Assembly: GCA_030550585.1 (NCBI GenBank)
Contig: JAUQPB010000001.1
Location: forward strand, 352,001-416,000
Reading direction: 5' to 3'
Source of the DNA: Thermoproteota archaeon
GTDB taxonomy: Archaea > Thermoproteota > Thermoprotei_A > Sulfolobales > Ignisphaeraceae
Length of the DNA: 64,000 nt
Within the stretch, counting starts at the first letter, position 1; every line of letters starts with the position of its first letter. The notes under the pieces are model-generated. The model made no database searches. It saw nothing but the letters and a program-made list of their open reading frames with translations, and was not told the origin of the DNA. Shown piece by piece: positions 50,761 through 61,340 of the stretch. Made by a program: the position numbers and the translations under genes.

Positions 50761-50867
50761 AGTACAAACACCTCAAGCATTCATAGGATAGTGGGTATAT
50801 AAAAGCATTTCTCTAGTGTTTGCCTCAATTGCATCGATTTAAGCCTACGATTTAATTTTAATTGTGG

Positions 50868-51443
50868 TCACGATATAAATATATCTGAGTTGCCAGAGAC
50901 CCCCAGCAGAATCAATTTGTCGCAACTGATACTAGTGTTCCAATAGCTAAATAGGTAGTTCATTATGGAAAAACAACATATCTTGGTAAGAACATCAGCA
51001 CTTGTAGCATCTGTGACAAAACATCCTAATGTATCAATTTGTTGCAACACCTCCTCTCTTATACTCGCTATAGTAGCTGTATTCTCTAAGGTTTTAACGC
51101 CAGCATTTACATGTATCAGCGTTACGTAATGAGCTTGACTTTTGCATGCGCTCTCATTAATTTCATTTAATAGCTTTACAACGGTTTTTATTTGCCTGTT
51201 CCCTACAAGTCTAACAAGAGTCTCTATATCCTGTCTTTTCGCAACATTCTCTCCTCGCTTAAATGCCTTCATAGCTTTTGCAAATGCTATTACAGTGCTT
51301 TCTATTGGAAAACAACAATTTTTAATTGAGATACATGTAAAGTTTTTCTCATCAAAGTACCTCTTCAATATCTCACACAAACCTTCACATGGATTCTCAT
51401 GTTGTATTACTAGGTACAATTTATTGTAGCACCTACCCTCCAT
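50868..51443 (-). CDS. cgi121: KEOPS subunit Cgi121-like
   Basis: AMKAFKRGENVAKRQDIETLVRLVGNRQIKTVV. Confidence 0.75.
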   Translation of the reverse strand: MEGRCYNKLYLVIQHENPCEGLCEILKRYFDEKNFTCISIKNCCFPIESTVIAFAKAMKAFKRGENVAKRQDIETLVRLVGNRQIKTVVKLLNEINESACKSQAHYVTLIHVNAGVKTLENTATIASIREEVLQQIDTLGCFVTDATSADVLTKICCFSIMNYLFSYWNTSISCDKLILLGVSGNSDIFIS

Positions 51444-51717
51444 GGGTTATAGGAATGAAAACAATTTCATCAGTGTCCTCAACTTCGATGTCTTTATATG
51501 GATTGCTAAAAACCCTAATATCAACACCGTTGATTAAAATTAGAAACTCTCCTTCATTGATACGTCCTTCACGATTCAAAAGTTTACCTAGGTTAGGATA
51601 AGTATTTAATACTAGTTGAAAGAATTTGCCTAACTCCATCTTCTCATTGAGTCTGAATTCTATTGTTGAAACTCCCACCACATTCTTTATGTGGCCAACA
51701 AAAACTAGTTTTACTAT
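51433..51717 (-). CDS. Ubiquitin-like sulfur carrier (MoaD/ThiS/Urm1-SAMP), apparent ATA start at 51717
   Basis: LILINGVD...DEIVFIPITHGG C-terminus; first beta-strand VKLVFVGHIK lies upstream of the first GTG. Confidence 0.88.
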   Translation of the reverse strand: MVKLVFVGHIKNVVGVSTIEFRLNEKMELGKFFQLVLNTYPNLGKLLNREGRINEGEFLILINGVDIRVFSNPYKDIEVEDTDEIVFIPITHGG

Positions 51718-51748
51718 CTTGACTTCACCCTAAAACGTTTGCAAAGTT

Positions 51749-51970
51749 TTATGAAGAAGACTCTTGGGCTTGTACCTGCCTACGCTTTTCTACCTTTATT
51801 AAATGCGTTATATAGCCTGCAATTTGGTTTCTAAGCTTTTTAGATGGGGTGTTAATTAATTTCTTTACCACCTCTTTATTATGTTGGAAGTTCTCTCCAA
51901 ATTCGTTACCATATTGCTGAAGCAGTTTGCGAGCTGTTCTTTTAACTACACTAATTCTGACTTTGCCCAT
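51749..51970 (-). CDS. rps17e: 30S ribosomal protein S17e
   Basis: MGKVR..VKRTA...SKKLRNQIAGYIT. Confidence 0.97.
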   Translation of the reverse strand: MGKVRISVVKRTARKLLQQYGNEFGENFQHNKEVVKKLINTPSKKLRNQIAGYITHLIKVEKRRQVQAQESSS

Positions 51971-52175
51971 TAAATGCACCTTCTGGACTCTCTTTACATT
52001 TAATGATAACAGATTTTACACGATTTTAAGTCTTATTTAAGTCTTAGTATTCATGAATATTTATAGTCTCTCGATTTTGATGTTTCTCAAATTCATGTAT
52101 ATGGAATGACAGCATATAAGCTTATATAGAACCTCTTTTATACACTAACCATAGATCTTATAGAGGTGTGATTCG

Positions 52176-53840
52176 ATGGCAGCACAACCTGTATACGAAC
52201 CCACTGGAATACCAGTTATCATATTAAAGGAAGGGACGTCACGTAGCGCTGGAAGAGATGCGCTAAGAGCAAACATGATGGCTGCCTTGACAATAGCTGA
52301 AATGCTAAAGACCACCTATGGGCCTAAGGGCATGGATAAGATGCTTGTAGATGCGCTAGGCGATGTAACTATAACAAATGATGGTGCAACAATATTAGAT
52401 AAGATGGATGTTCAGCATCCAGCAGCTAAGATGCTTGTCCAAATAGCTAAGGGACAAGATGAAGAGGCTGGCGATGGTACTAAAACAGCTGTGATATTTG
52501 CAGGAGAGCTGTTAAGGAGGGCTGAGGAGCTATTAGACAAGGGATTGCATCCAACTACGATAGTGTCAGGCTATAAGAGAGCCCTCGACTATGCTATACA
52601 AATTGCACAAAACATTGCTGACTCTGTTGATGTAGAGTCTGCGCAAGCCGACGAAATACTAAGAAAGGTAGCTTTATCTTCGTTGACCAGCAAAGCGGTG
52701 CATGGTGCCAGAGAGCATATTGCTGACCTTGTTGTAAAAGCTGTTAAGCAGGTTGCTGAAAAGAGGGCAGATAGATGGTATGTTGATTTAGACAACATCC
52801 AGATAATAAAGAAGAAGGGTGCTGGACTAATAGACAGTATGCTTGTTTATGGTGTTGTTTTGGATAAGGAGGTTGTTCACCCTGCTATGCCTAGGAGGGT
52901 TGAGAACGCTAAGATTGCTTTGCTCGATGCACCACTAGAAATAGAGAAACCGGAGATCGATGCAGAAATAAGGATTAGCGACCCACTACAGATGAGGAAA
53001 TTCCTAGAGGAGAAAGAAAACATTCTAAGGGATATGGTTGAGAAGATTTCTGCTGTTGGTGCTAATGTTGTTATTTGTCAGAAGGGTATTGATGATGTTG
53101 CCCAGCACTATCTGGCTAAGAAGGGTATTATGGCTGTTAGAAGGGTTAAGAGAAGTGACATGGAGAAACTGGAAAGAGCAACTGGCGGGAGAATTGTAAG
53201 CAACATTGAGGATCTGACAGAGAAGGATCTTGGAACATGTGCCCTTGTCGAAGAGAGGAAGGTTGGCGAAGACAAGATGGTGTTTGTCGAGAACTGCAAG
53301 AACCCAAGAGCAGTTTCAATAGTTCTTAGAGCAGGTCTAGAAAGATTGGTTGACGAAGCGGAAAGAAGTGTTAGAGATGCTTTAAGTGCAGTTGCAGATG
53401 TGTATAGAGTTCCAAAGGTGGTTTATGGAGCAGGTGCATTTGAAATAGAGTTGGCTAAGCATATCAGAGACTACGCTAATAAAGTAGGTGGCAAAGAGGG
53501 GCTAGCAGTAGAAGCGTTTGCAAGAGCTTTAGAGGGTGTGGTAGAGACCCTTATAACAAATGCAGGTTTAGACCCTGTCGACATGCTAATGAGATTGAGA
53601 GCCGAGCACATGAAACCCGATGGTAAGTGGGTAGGTGTTGATGTCTTCACAGGAAAGCTTGTCGATGCGAGATCGCTAGGTGTTGTCGAACCTTTACTAG
53701 TGAAAATCTCGGCTCTAAAAGCCGGTACAGAAGCTGCTACACTAATACTCAGAATAGATGATGTGATAGCTGCTGCCAGGAGGAAAGAAGAGGAAAAGAA
53801 GGGAGAAGGAGAGAAGAAAGAAAAAGAAGAGGAGAAGTAA
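52176..53840 (+). CDS. ths: Thermosome (group II chaperonin) subunit, probably beta
   Basis: [29 protein letters not shown]. Confidence 0.97.
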   Translation: MAAQPVYEPTGIPVIILKEGTSRSAGRDALRANMMAALTIAEMLKTTYGPKGMDKMLVDALGDVTITNDGATILDKMDVQHPAAKMLVQIAKGQDEEAGDGTKTAVIFAGELLRRAEELLDKGLHPTTIVSGYKRALDYAIQIAQNIADSVDVESAQADEILRKVALSSLTSKAVHGAREHIADLVVKAVKQVAEKRADRWYVDLDNIQIIKKKGAGLIDSMLVYGVVLDKEVVHPAMPRRVENAKIALLDAPLEIEKPEIDAEIRISDPLQMRKFLEEKENILRDMVEKISAVGANVVICQKGIDDVAQHYLAKKGIMAVRRVKRSDMEKLERATGGRIVSNIEDLTEKDLGTCALVEERKVGEDKMVFVENCKNPRAVSIVLRAGLERLVDEAERSVRDALSAVADVYRVPKVVYGAGAFEIELAKHIRDYANKVGGKEGLAVEAFARALEGVVETLITNAGLDPVDMLMRLRAEHMKPDGKWVGVDVFTGKLVDARSLGVVEPLLVKISALKAGTEAATLILRIDDVIAAARRKEEEKKGEGEKKEKEEEK

Positions 53841-53841
53841 A

Positions 53842-55482
53842 CTAATCAGATAACAAACCAATTTTTACTAAAACAGGTTCTGGAAGCTCAGGTACTAAAA
53901 CAAGTGCTTCACCAGGTCGTAGCGAAGGAATTATCTTTTTGTATTCTTTTTTTAGAATAGATAAGCCCAACAAAACCTTTATATCCATTGAAGATTTCAT
54001 TGTGTGAATTATCCTTGTGTTTGTATTTCTTAACACAACCGATGATAATAGTGATGGCGACTGTGTAACAACGACAAATCCCATTCCCCATTTCCTAACC
54101 TCTGCAACGAGATTCGATATAGGATTATCTTTTGTAAACACATTATGAGCTTCATCGACTATTATTAACAATGGTTTTTCAATTTCATTGTATTGAGCTT
54201 TTAGCGATGCTGTTTTTATCGATATAGATGCTAAAATTCTCTTTACCCTAGTATTAGGTATTTGCGATAAATCGAATATCGTTATTTTACCTTTTTCGAC
54301 ACCTATCTCCTTTAGGTTCCTCCACTTTATATTCAAATAGTCACTTGATAAAACCTTCAGTTTCCTAATTAAAGCTTCTCTAGATTCGGCAACCCATCTA
54401 GCTGAAATTGAAGTGTTTTGTATAATATCTATTAGCAAATCAATATCATATATATCCATTGATTTTCTATTCAATAGAGTCTTCATAGCCTCTTCCAGTA
54501 TGTGAACTTGTGGTGGTGTTAATTCAAGAGCGTTTTCAAGTATTTCTATAAATGCTAGGGGCTCGTATTCCACAATGCTTCTCAAGTTAAGAAAAGTAGG
54601 TATTGATCCTCCAACCGGATTAGAATATTCAACACCAGCAAAATTATTTAGTAGTGAGAGGTATTCGCCATGCCAATCAATAACAAAGACTAGATAGCCG
54701 TTCTTAGCAGCTTCACGAGCAATAATTGATGCCGTTGTTGATTTTCCACTTCCAGTTGCCCCAACAATTATTATATGTTTTGCTATATGATCTGCTTTCA
54801 ATTTTGCTACTATATTTGTTGAATAGACCAAACCAAGATTTATTATACCATCTTCAAATATCTTTGACAGGTATTCATATTTGCTAGGCTCTACACTAGG
54901 GTAACCCCATTCAAAAGATAGTGGATGTTCAAGTGGAAGATCGTTTTCCATGTTATTTGAGTTAAATTTCTTTTGGAAGGTGTTTAATAACCATTTGAAT
55001 GGATTTTCATGCAAATGCCTATCTATACATTCTTTCAAAATCTTTATTGCATTACCAGAATTCTCAATACCACAATATATACTGTTGTTAGACACATTTT
55101 CGACTATGGAGCACATTACCTCAGCTTCTCTGCTAACATCCTCTTTTTCACTAGATAATATCAGTACATGTGTAGATACCCTAGCCGAATCCAAACAGCT
55201 TAACAATATATATCGCTTACCATGCTCTATAACTCTATTAACCAGCGATTCCAGCAATTTGATTCCAGTGCTTTTTATATGCCCCTGCTCAACAACCTCG
55301 TCACTCCTGTTAACAAATTTTAATGTTACAACAAGACCATAGATATTTGTATTAGGATAGAGTCCTATGCGCAGTACCTCCTTATCATATTTTTCAAAGT
55401 AAATAACAAGATTTTTACGATTCAGTTCCACATCCAATAAAGCCCCCAAATTATATAGACACAAAAATAAGGTGTTTTTCAA
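53842..55482 (-). CDS. HerA/VirB4-like ATPase (DUF87)
   Basis: HIIIVGATGSGKST, IDWHGEY, IVDEAH, EVRKWG, VTQSP, NTNT. Confidence 0.88.
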   Translation of the reverse strand: MKNTLFLCLYNLGALLDVELNRKNLVIYFEKYDKEVLRIGLYPNTNIYGLVVTLKFVNRSDEVVEQGHIKSTGIKLLESLVNRVIEHGKRYILLSCLDSARVSTHVLILSSEKEDVSREAEVMCSIVENVSNNSIYCGIENSGNAIKILKECIDRHLHENPFKWLLNTFQKKFNSNNMENDLPLEHPLSFEWGYPSVEPSKYEYLSKIFEDGIINLGLVYSTNIVAKLKADHIAKHIIIVGATGSGKSTTASIIAREAAKNGYLVFVIDWHGEYLSLLNNFAGVEYSNPVGGSIPTFLNLRSIVEYEPLAFIEILENALELTPPQVHILEEAMKTLLNRKSMDIYDIDLLIDIIQNTSISARWVAESREALIRKLKVLSSDYLNIKWRNLKEIGVEKGKITIFDLSQIPNTRVKRILASISIKTASLKAQYNEIEKPLLIIVDEAHNVFTKDNPISNLVAEVRKWGMGFVVVTQSPSLLSSVVLRNTNTRIIHTMKSSMDIKVLLGLSILKKEYKKIIPSLRPGEALVLVPELPEPVLVKIGLLSD

Positions 55483-55661
55483 GAATGTCTTTCATCTATT
55501 GCTTATAGATCTCGCTAAATCTGTAACCCAAGCCACATGCTTCGCTTTAGGAAAAACTGTGTATAATTCATGTGGCTATGGTTCTTGTCAGATTTTGGCA
55601 AGCATATAGAAGTTTATTGGTTTCAGTTTGCTAATATTGTTCCCAACTTCAATTTATGAAT

Positions 55662-56021
55662 CTAATGAGATATCTTTATATAGACTTTGTCCATAACATT
55701 GAAGCTTTTTGCCACCTCTTCATCAGAGGTTGTGAGCAATACTAAAAACCCCCAGAGACTGATGTATATGACTATATTCTCGTTTTCACTTCTCTTCGCA
55801 ACTACGTAGCCATGGGCAACAAAGTCTTTGCCTTCATTGTATTGCGGAAGGTTCTTTGAGATAACAAAAGTAACTTTTTCGCTAGGCTTGAACAGATTTA
55901 ATTTTCTGTGCATATCCATTTTGATTTTAATATTGTTGTTGCACAGCATTTCCATTATTTTAATCTCTGGTATACGAGAATCCGTAATACTTTCTATGTT
56001 ACATGTTAATGTTAAGCTCAT
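55662..56021 (-). CDS. rpoG: RNA polymerase subunit Rpo8 (RpoG)
   Basis: OB-fold size; DFVAHGYVV, ISLWG, DKVYIKI. Confidence 0.75.
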   Translation of the reverse strand: MSLTLTCNIESITDSRIPEIKIMEMLCNNNIKIKMDMHRKLNLFKPSEKVTFVISKNLPQYNEGKDFVAHGYVVAKRSENENIVIYISLWGFLVLLTTSDEEVAKSFNVMDKVYIKISH

Positions 56022-56192
56022 AAGGCATTACCTATCAAATCACTATAATAAGTTACTTATTAATAAGCCTGAGCTTATATTTTGTAATTAAAAGCTGATG
56101 TTTCTTTAAGAGAATTTCTTTTAGACTGCAAATATTAAAGCTTTTATTTTCATATTTTTAATATAATGCACATAGACCGGTGGTGATATTTA

Positions 56193-56627
56193 TTGAGTTA
56201 CGGTAGTAGAAGCATTATCGGAGAGCTCTCTAAGGCCATAGATAAAAAGATAATAGTCAGACTTGTTGATGGAAAGACCTATATGGGCAAACTTATTTCA
56301 TTCGACCAGAGCTCTCTTCACATTGTATTAGGCAATGCTGAAAGTAGCGATGGTGGAAAATATTATAGAGTTATAGTCAATGGATCGAGAATTTCAGAGA
56401 TTATTATTCAAGAGCAGCCCATGTTTAGCGCTGAAGAGTTTGCCTCAATAATTATCTCGCGCCTTGGGTTACGACCAGATGTTGTAAAGGTTTTATCGGA
56501 TACAAATTCTATTATAATTTATGATAGAATAAAGGTTAGCGAGACAGGTGTTGAGGGTTCTGGCAGTCTAGCACAAAAAATCTATGAAATCTATAACGAA
56601 TATATAGAGAGTAAAAAGAAGGGTTGA
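56193..56627 (+). CDS. Augmented Sm-like protein (SmAP3)
   Basis: Sm1/Sm2 motifs plus C-terminal domain ending GxEGSGSLAQKIYEIY. Confidence 0.88.
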   Translation: MSYGSRSIIGELSKAIDKKIIVRLVDGKTYMGKLISFDQSSLHIVLGNAESSDGGKYYRVIVNGSRISEIIIQEQPMFSAEEFASIIISRLGLRPDVVKVLSDTNSIIIYDRIKVSETGVEGSGSLAQKIYEIYNEYIESKKKG

Positions 56628-58209
56628 ACAAAATTGTTTTGAGATTAGAGATCAAGATCTTGCTGGAAGAATAGGAAGATTGAAGACCAGATCCGGAGTT
56701 ATTGAGACTCCCTATCTCTTTCCGGTAGTTGATCCCTCTCTTCAGGAACAATATGTTAAACCATCTGAGCTAATGGAAATAGGATTTCGTGGCATAATTA
56801 CAAATGCTTATCTGCTGAAAAAAGTTTCTCCTTCACCGATAGACGTTCACAAGCACTTGAATTTCAATGGCGTTGTAATGACTGATTCAGGAGCCTATCA
56901 AATTCTCAAATATGGTGGTATTGAGGTTAGCAACAGAGAGATTATTGAGTATCAATGTGCTATTAAAAGCGATATAGGAGTGATTCTCGATATACCAACC
57001 GGATTTGATGCAAGCAGAGATGAAGCTTTTAGTAGCGCAGACGAGACTTTGAAGAGAGCTCAAGAAGCTGTTAACATTATTTCTGACCCCCTATGCAGAG
57101 AAACTTTATGGACATTACCAGTTCAAGGTGGTATACACCTAGACATACTTCGTGATTATGCTAAAAAGTCTGTAGATATTTTCTACGATGGATTCAGCAT
57201 ATTTGCTTTAGGTAGTCCAACAACACTATTGGAACAGTACATGTTTGATAAAGTAGCAGAAATGATATACACTGTTAGGTCTGAGATACCATTTGCCGCT
57301 CCACTTCATTTGTTTGGTGCCGGACACCCATTAATAATACCCTTTGCCGTTGCCCTTGGTGTAGATCTATTCGATTCTGCAAGTTACATACTCTACGCTA
57401 AAGATGATAGGTATATCACACGCAGAGGAACATATAAACTGAAAAACCTAGACTATAGTACCTGTCAATGCCCAGTATGTTCAAAATATTCACCAAAAGA
57501 GCTATTGGAACTTCCAAAAAAGGAAAGAGTAAGACTTCTGTCTCTACATAATTTATATGTAATTAGGGAAGAAATTAATGAAGTAAAGCAAGCCATTAAA
57601 GAGAATAGACTGTGGGAATACCTCGAATACAAGGCAAACAGCCATCCAGCAGCTAAGAGAATTTTTATGACAATGCTAAAATATTTAGAATATCTCTATA
57701 AGCATTCCCCCCAGTCAAAACCCAACACCCGTGCTGTATTCATCTTATCTGAATACTCCATCTATAACCCAAAGATATTGAGTTCAAGGAGACGATCTAT
57801 TCAGATAAGAAACAGAGGCGGGGAAAATACCTTGGCTTTTCTGCCATATTCTCTTGCAGAAAACAATAGAATAGAAAAGCTTGTAGCCCACTTTTCAAAG
57901 GAATTAAACATTAATCTCCAAACTCTAAAGCTATATCTATACTATCCAATTATAGGGGTTATTCCTGCGGAGCTACATTCTGTATATCCATATTCGCATT
58001 TTGAGTTAGGATTCAGTCCAACAGATAACGCTATTTCTGATCTTGCATATCTAATCTTTGAGATCTTTTTGAAATCAGATAATGTAAATGGGGTATGGAT
58101 AGTCACATGTAAAGAGGATTGGCAAGAAAAATTATATGGGAAGATAGCTAAAATTGCTGAAAATTCTGATATAGGGAGTAAAGTTAAGAAAATTGAATTT
58201 GCCTGCTAA
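56624..58209 (+). CDS. tgtA: Archaeosine tRNA-guanine(15) transglycosylase (5' end anomalous)
   Basis: FEIRDQDLAGRIG, MTDSGAYQ, PVQGG, HLFGAGHP, FDSASY, CxCxxC, HNL. Confidence 0.93.
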
Positions 58210-58214
58210 CAATT

Positions 58215-58970
58215 CTATGTATGCATAACACTTTCTCTTTTTTCCATTCCCGACAAAATCTCTTGCACGCTTTTCTCCAGCTCCTCAATTTTTTCGGCAT
58301 ACTTTATAAGTTCTTGGACATCAACTGAGAGACCCAACAAAGAGTTCAAGACTCTAACAGCTACAGCTGCAGCTCTATGATCAACGCTTTCAGGCTCTGT
58401 GTAGGGAAATATTGCAATAGCTGGTATATTTCTATTTTCTAACATGAGTAATAGGGATGCTATTGGACCTACTATATATGCTCCTTTTACAAAATATGGT
58501 TTATCCAATACCACATTACTCGCCTTTGTCTTTAGCCACCTGAATTCCTCGTCTCCCTCGCGAAAACGTATATCTAAACCCCCTATGAGATACGTTTCGC
58601 TTATTCTTAGCTTTTCTATTAGTGTTTTAAACGCGTTGACAAATGATGTTAAATGTCTTCTATCTGGGTTTACCCTATTAAGCAGTACGACAACACCCAA
58701 ATTTCCGGCATCTTTGAAGAAAATTTCGTGAGGCATGCTTAGACCATATTCTTCCACAGATGTAAAATCTGGTGTATATGGAGGCTCTATGTAGCCGATT
58801 AAACTCATCCCCAATTTTGATACTAAATACCTTGTTGTTAAATACCCAACTGCGCCAAACCCTTGGAAACCTGTAACTAGTGCCATCCTACCCTTTATTA
58901 TAGTAGTTGCGTCTACAAGTATGTTTAATTCATATCCTCTTCTCATTTTCACCTTTTCCCACCTTCTCAC
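58215..58970 (-). CDS. PAC2 family proteasome assembly chaperone
   Basis: VTGFQGFGAVGYL, IGGL, DHRAAA, VDVQELIKYAE. Confidence 0.88.
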   Translation of the reverse strand: MRRWEKVKMRRGYELNILVDATTIIKGRMALVTGFQGFGAVGYLTTRYLVSKLGMSLIGYIEPPYTPDFTSVEEYGLSMPHEIFFKDAGNLGVVVLLNRVNPDRRHLTSFVNAFKTLIEKLRISETYLIGGLDIRFREGDEEFRWLKTKASNVVLDKPYFVKGAYIVGPIASLLLMLENRNIPAIAIFPYTEPESVDHRAAAVAVRVLNSLLGLSVDVQELIKYAEKIEELEKSVQEILSGMEKRESVMHT

Positions 58971-59469
58971 GTACTTGTACTGCAGGCCCTCTCAAACTGG
59001 TTATCATCGCCTCGTAACTAATTATAGCTCTTCCTACCCCAATCAAATTATCTTCTTCGTCTACTATCAAAATTTCGTCAAAAGGTTTTATGTTTTCATC
59101 ACCGTATATAATATGCTTAGAAAAAACAGTATGGGATTCGAGAACATCTGGCACAATTTCGTTGACGACAACAACGCGGTGTTTGGGAAATGGCAGTGAT
59201 TTATGTAATAGAATTGCTAGGGGAATGTGAGGAATCAACCTAAAGTCAGATGCTCTAATAGATGCAAATAACTCATCTCTATATAGTATGGATCTTAATC
59301 TACCTGTTCTCCTGGAATGACAAAAAGTTAGCTCATTATGATCTATATCTTCAATAGCTTTTCTTGCTGCATCTCCATAAAAATATGTTGTTAGGTATAT
59401 CAATAAATTAACTTCGTTTTTTTCAGGCTTTTTACAATATTGAGACACACTAGACATTGCCTGCCACAT
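58930..59469 (-). CDS. Stand-alone PUA-domain protein (TGT C-terminal-like)
   Basis: SRRTGRLR, TVFSKH, IKPFDEILIVDEEDNLIGVGRA, AVQVR. Confidence 0.85.
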   Translation of the reverse strand: MWQAMSSVSQYCKKPEKNEVNLLIYLTTYFYGDAARKAIEDIDHNELTFCHSRRTGRLRSILYRDELFASIRASDFRLIPHIPLAILLHKSLPFPKHRVVVVNEIVPDVLESHTVFSKHIIYGDENIKPFDEILIVDEEDNLIGVGRAIISYEAMITSLRGPAVQVREKVGKGENEKRI

Positions 59470-59486
59470 TAGGAGAGCTTATTCTT

Positions 59487-60689
59487 TCACAAGTGATACT
59501 CTGTTATATCACTATTTCTCAACGACTGCGCTGTTAATTGAGAAGAGGTGGCATACGGTCTAAACCTTTTCTTTAAAATCTTGTCTATTGCATAGAGAAA
59601 GTCCTTCTTCTCTACAACAACTCTGCCCTCTCTTATAGCGTGAAGAGCTGCTTCAGTACATATAGCTTTTATTTCGGCTCCTGTAGCCCCCTCTGAAATC
59701 TTGGCCAATTCAACTAAGTCGACATCTATAGCTAACGGCATTTTTCTTGTATGAATCTTGAATATTTCGTAACGGCCTTTGAGATCTGGTAACGGTATCT
59801 CAATTATTTTATCAAATCTTCCGGGCCGCAAAATCGCTGGGTCTAATATATCTATTCTATTCGTTGTTGCAATAATCTTGACATTGTCTAGAGGGTCAAA
59901 TCCGTCGATCTCTGCTAATAGTTGAGTTAAAGTTCTATGTATCTCTCGCTCACCGCTCGTTCCAACATCAAGTCTTCTAGCTGCTATAGCATCAATTTCG
60001 TCTATTAGTATTATTGCTGGTGCTTTCCTCCTCGCCAATGCGAAGATTTCTTTAACAAGCCTAGCACCTTCACCAATGAATTTTTGAGCGAGTTCAGAGG
60101 CTATGATACGAATAAATGTTGCATTGCTCTCATGGGCAACTGCCTTTGCTAGCAAGGTTTTTCCACAGCCAGGAGGTCCATAAAGTAAAACACCTTTTGG
60201 AGGTTCAATACCCATTGCCTTAAATATCAAGGGATTCTTTAAAGGAAGTTCTACGACCTCCCTCAGTTCCGCGACCTGCTCTTCCAAACCCCCAACATCG
60301 GCGTATGTGACATTGGGCCTTTCAATAATTTCAAACACCCTTACACTAGGATCCTCAACCTTTGGTAGGACCTCCACAATGGCTGAGCCTCTTTGATTCA
60401 ATGCCACAGAAGCGCCAGGCCTTAATTTGGATCTATCAACAGACTCTAGAATATTCACTATTAGGATGGGGCCTGAAGAACTTCTCACAATAGCTCTCCC
60501 ATCTGGTAGAACATCTATTAATGTGGCCTCTACAAGTGGTGGTGCTGTAAGCTTCTCTAGCTGAGACTTGTAATACTCTATTTCCTCTCTGTATTTTAGC
60601 AATAACTCTCTTAGAGTTGAAGGATCCGACAAATCTATATTTAATTCAGCATCGTCCTTAGGTTTGTCAATAATGTTTTCATATTCCAT
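59487..60689 (-). CDS. pan: Proteasome-activating nucleotidase
   Basis: Coiled coil-PP-OB, [24 protein letters not shown]-terminal YHL. Confidence 0.96.
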   Translation of the reverse strand: MEYENIIDKPKDDAELNIDLSDPSTLRELLLKYREEIEYYKSQLEKLTAPPLVEATLIDVLPDGRAIVRSSSGPILIVNILESVDRSKLRPGASVALNQRGSAIVEVLPKVEDPSVRVFEIIERPNVTYADVGGLEEQVAELREVVELPLKNPLIFKAMGIEPPKGVLLYGPPGCGKTLLAKAVAHESNATFIRIIASELAQKFIGEGARLVKEIFALARRKAPAIILIDEIDAIAARRLDVGTSGEREIHRTLTQLLAEIDGFDPLDNVKIIATTNRIDILDPAILRPGRFDKIIEIPLPDLKGRYEIFKIHTRKMPLAIDVDLVELAKISEGATGAEIKAICTEAALHAIREGRVVVEKKDFLYAIDKILKKRFRPYATSSQLTAQSLRNSDITEYHL

Positions 60690-60788
60690 TAACTATTTCG
60701 CCTCTACAGCATCTGCTAAACTATTAATTAAGCTGATCTAAAGCTAAAAACATTTTTCCCAATAGTTTATATAGAAGGTGAGTCTAGA

Positions 60789-61331
60789 CTGAAAGATCAG
60801 AAGATAGTTTATTGCGAGCTATGTGGAAATCCGATAATTGATGGAAAGGCTCACAAAGTTTTGATAGACAATGCAATTCTTACTGTATGCGATAATTGCT
60901 TTAATAAGCTAAGTAAGAAAAAAGCGGATCAAACATCAGTTAAAGAATCTAGTACACCTGCTTCTCAAATTAGAGGTGTAGCACAACCAAAAAGTTCACA
61001 AGACTCTAAAGCTTTGAAAGAGTCTAAGAAGAGAACTACAATTGCATACGAACGCTACGAACTTGTTGAAGACTATGCCGAGAGAATTAGAAGAGCCCGC
61101 GAATCATTAGGATGGAGCCAAAGCGTTCTAGCTGTCAAGGCAAAGGTTGGTGAGAATATCATTAAAAGGATAGAAAGTGGAAAACTTAGGCCATCATTCG
61201 ACTTAGCAAAAAGACTTGAGGAAATTTTAAACATAAGACTCCTTGTGCCGGTTGTTGAAGAGGAAATCAAGGAAAGCAAAAGTGTATCGAAGGAGGTTAC
61301 ACTAGGGGAAATTGTAAATATAAGAGAATGA
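60789..61331 (+). CDS. mbf1: Multiprotein bridging factor aMBF1, apparent CTG start at 60789
   Basis: YCELCG...VCDNC Zn ribbon, HTH, TLGE motif; first CxxC lies upstream of the first canonical start. Confidence 0.92.
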   Translation: MKDQKIVYCELCGNPIIDGKAHKVLIDNAILTVCDNCFNKLSKKKADQTSVKESSTPASQIRGVAQPKSSQDSKALKESKKRTTIAYERYELVEDYAERIRRARESLGWSQSVLAVKAKVGENIIKRIESGKLRPSFDLAKRLEEILNIRLLVPVVEEEIKESKSVSKEVTLGEIVNIRE

Positions 61332-61340
61332 TTATGGGGA

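Noticed and set aside
53770-53840. Purine-rich low-complexity tract
   Set aside because: Encodes the ordinary Glu/Lys-rich thermosome tail
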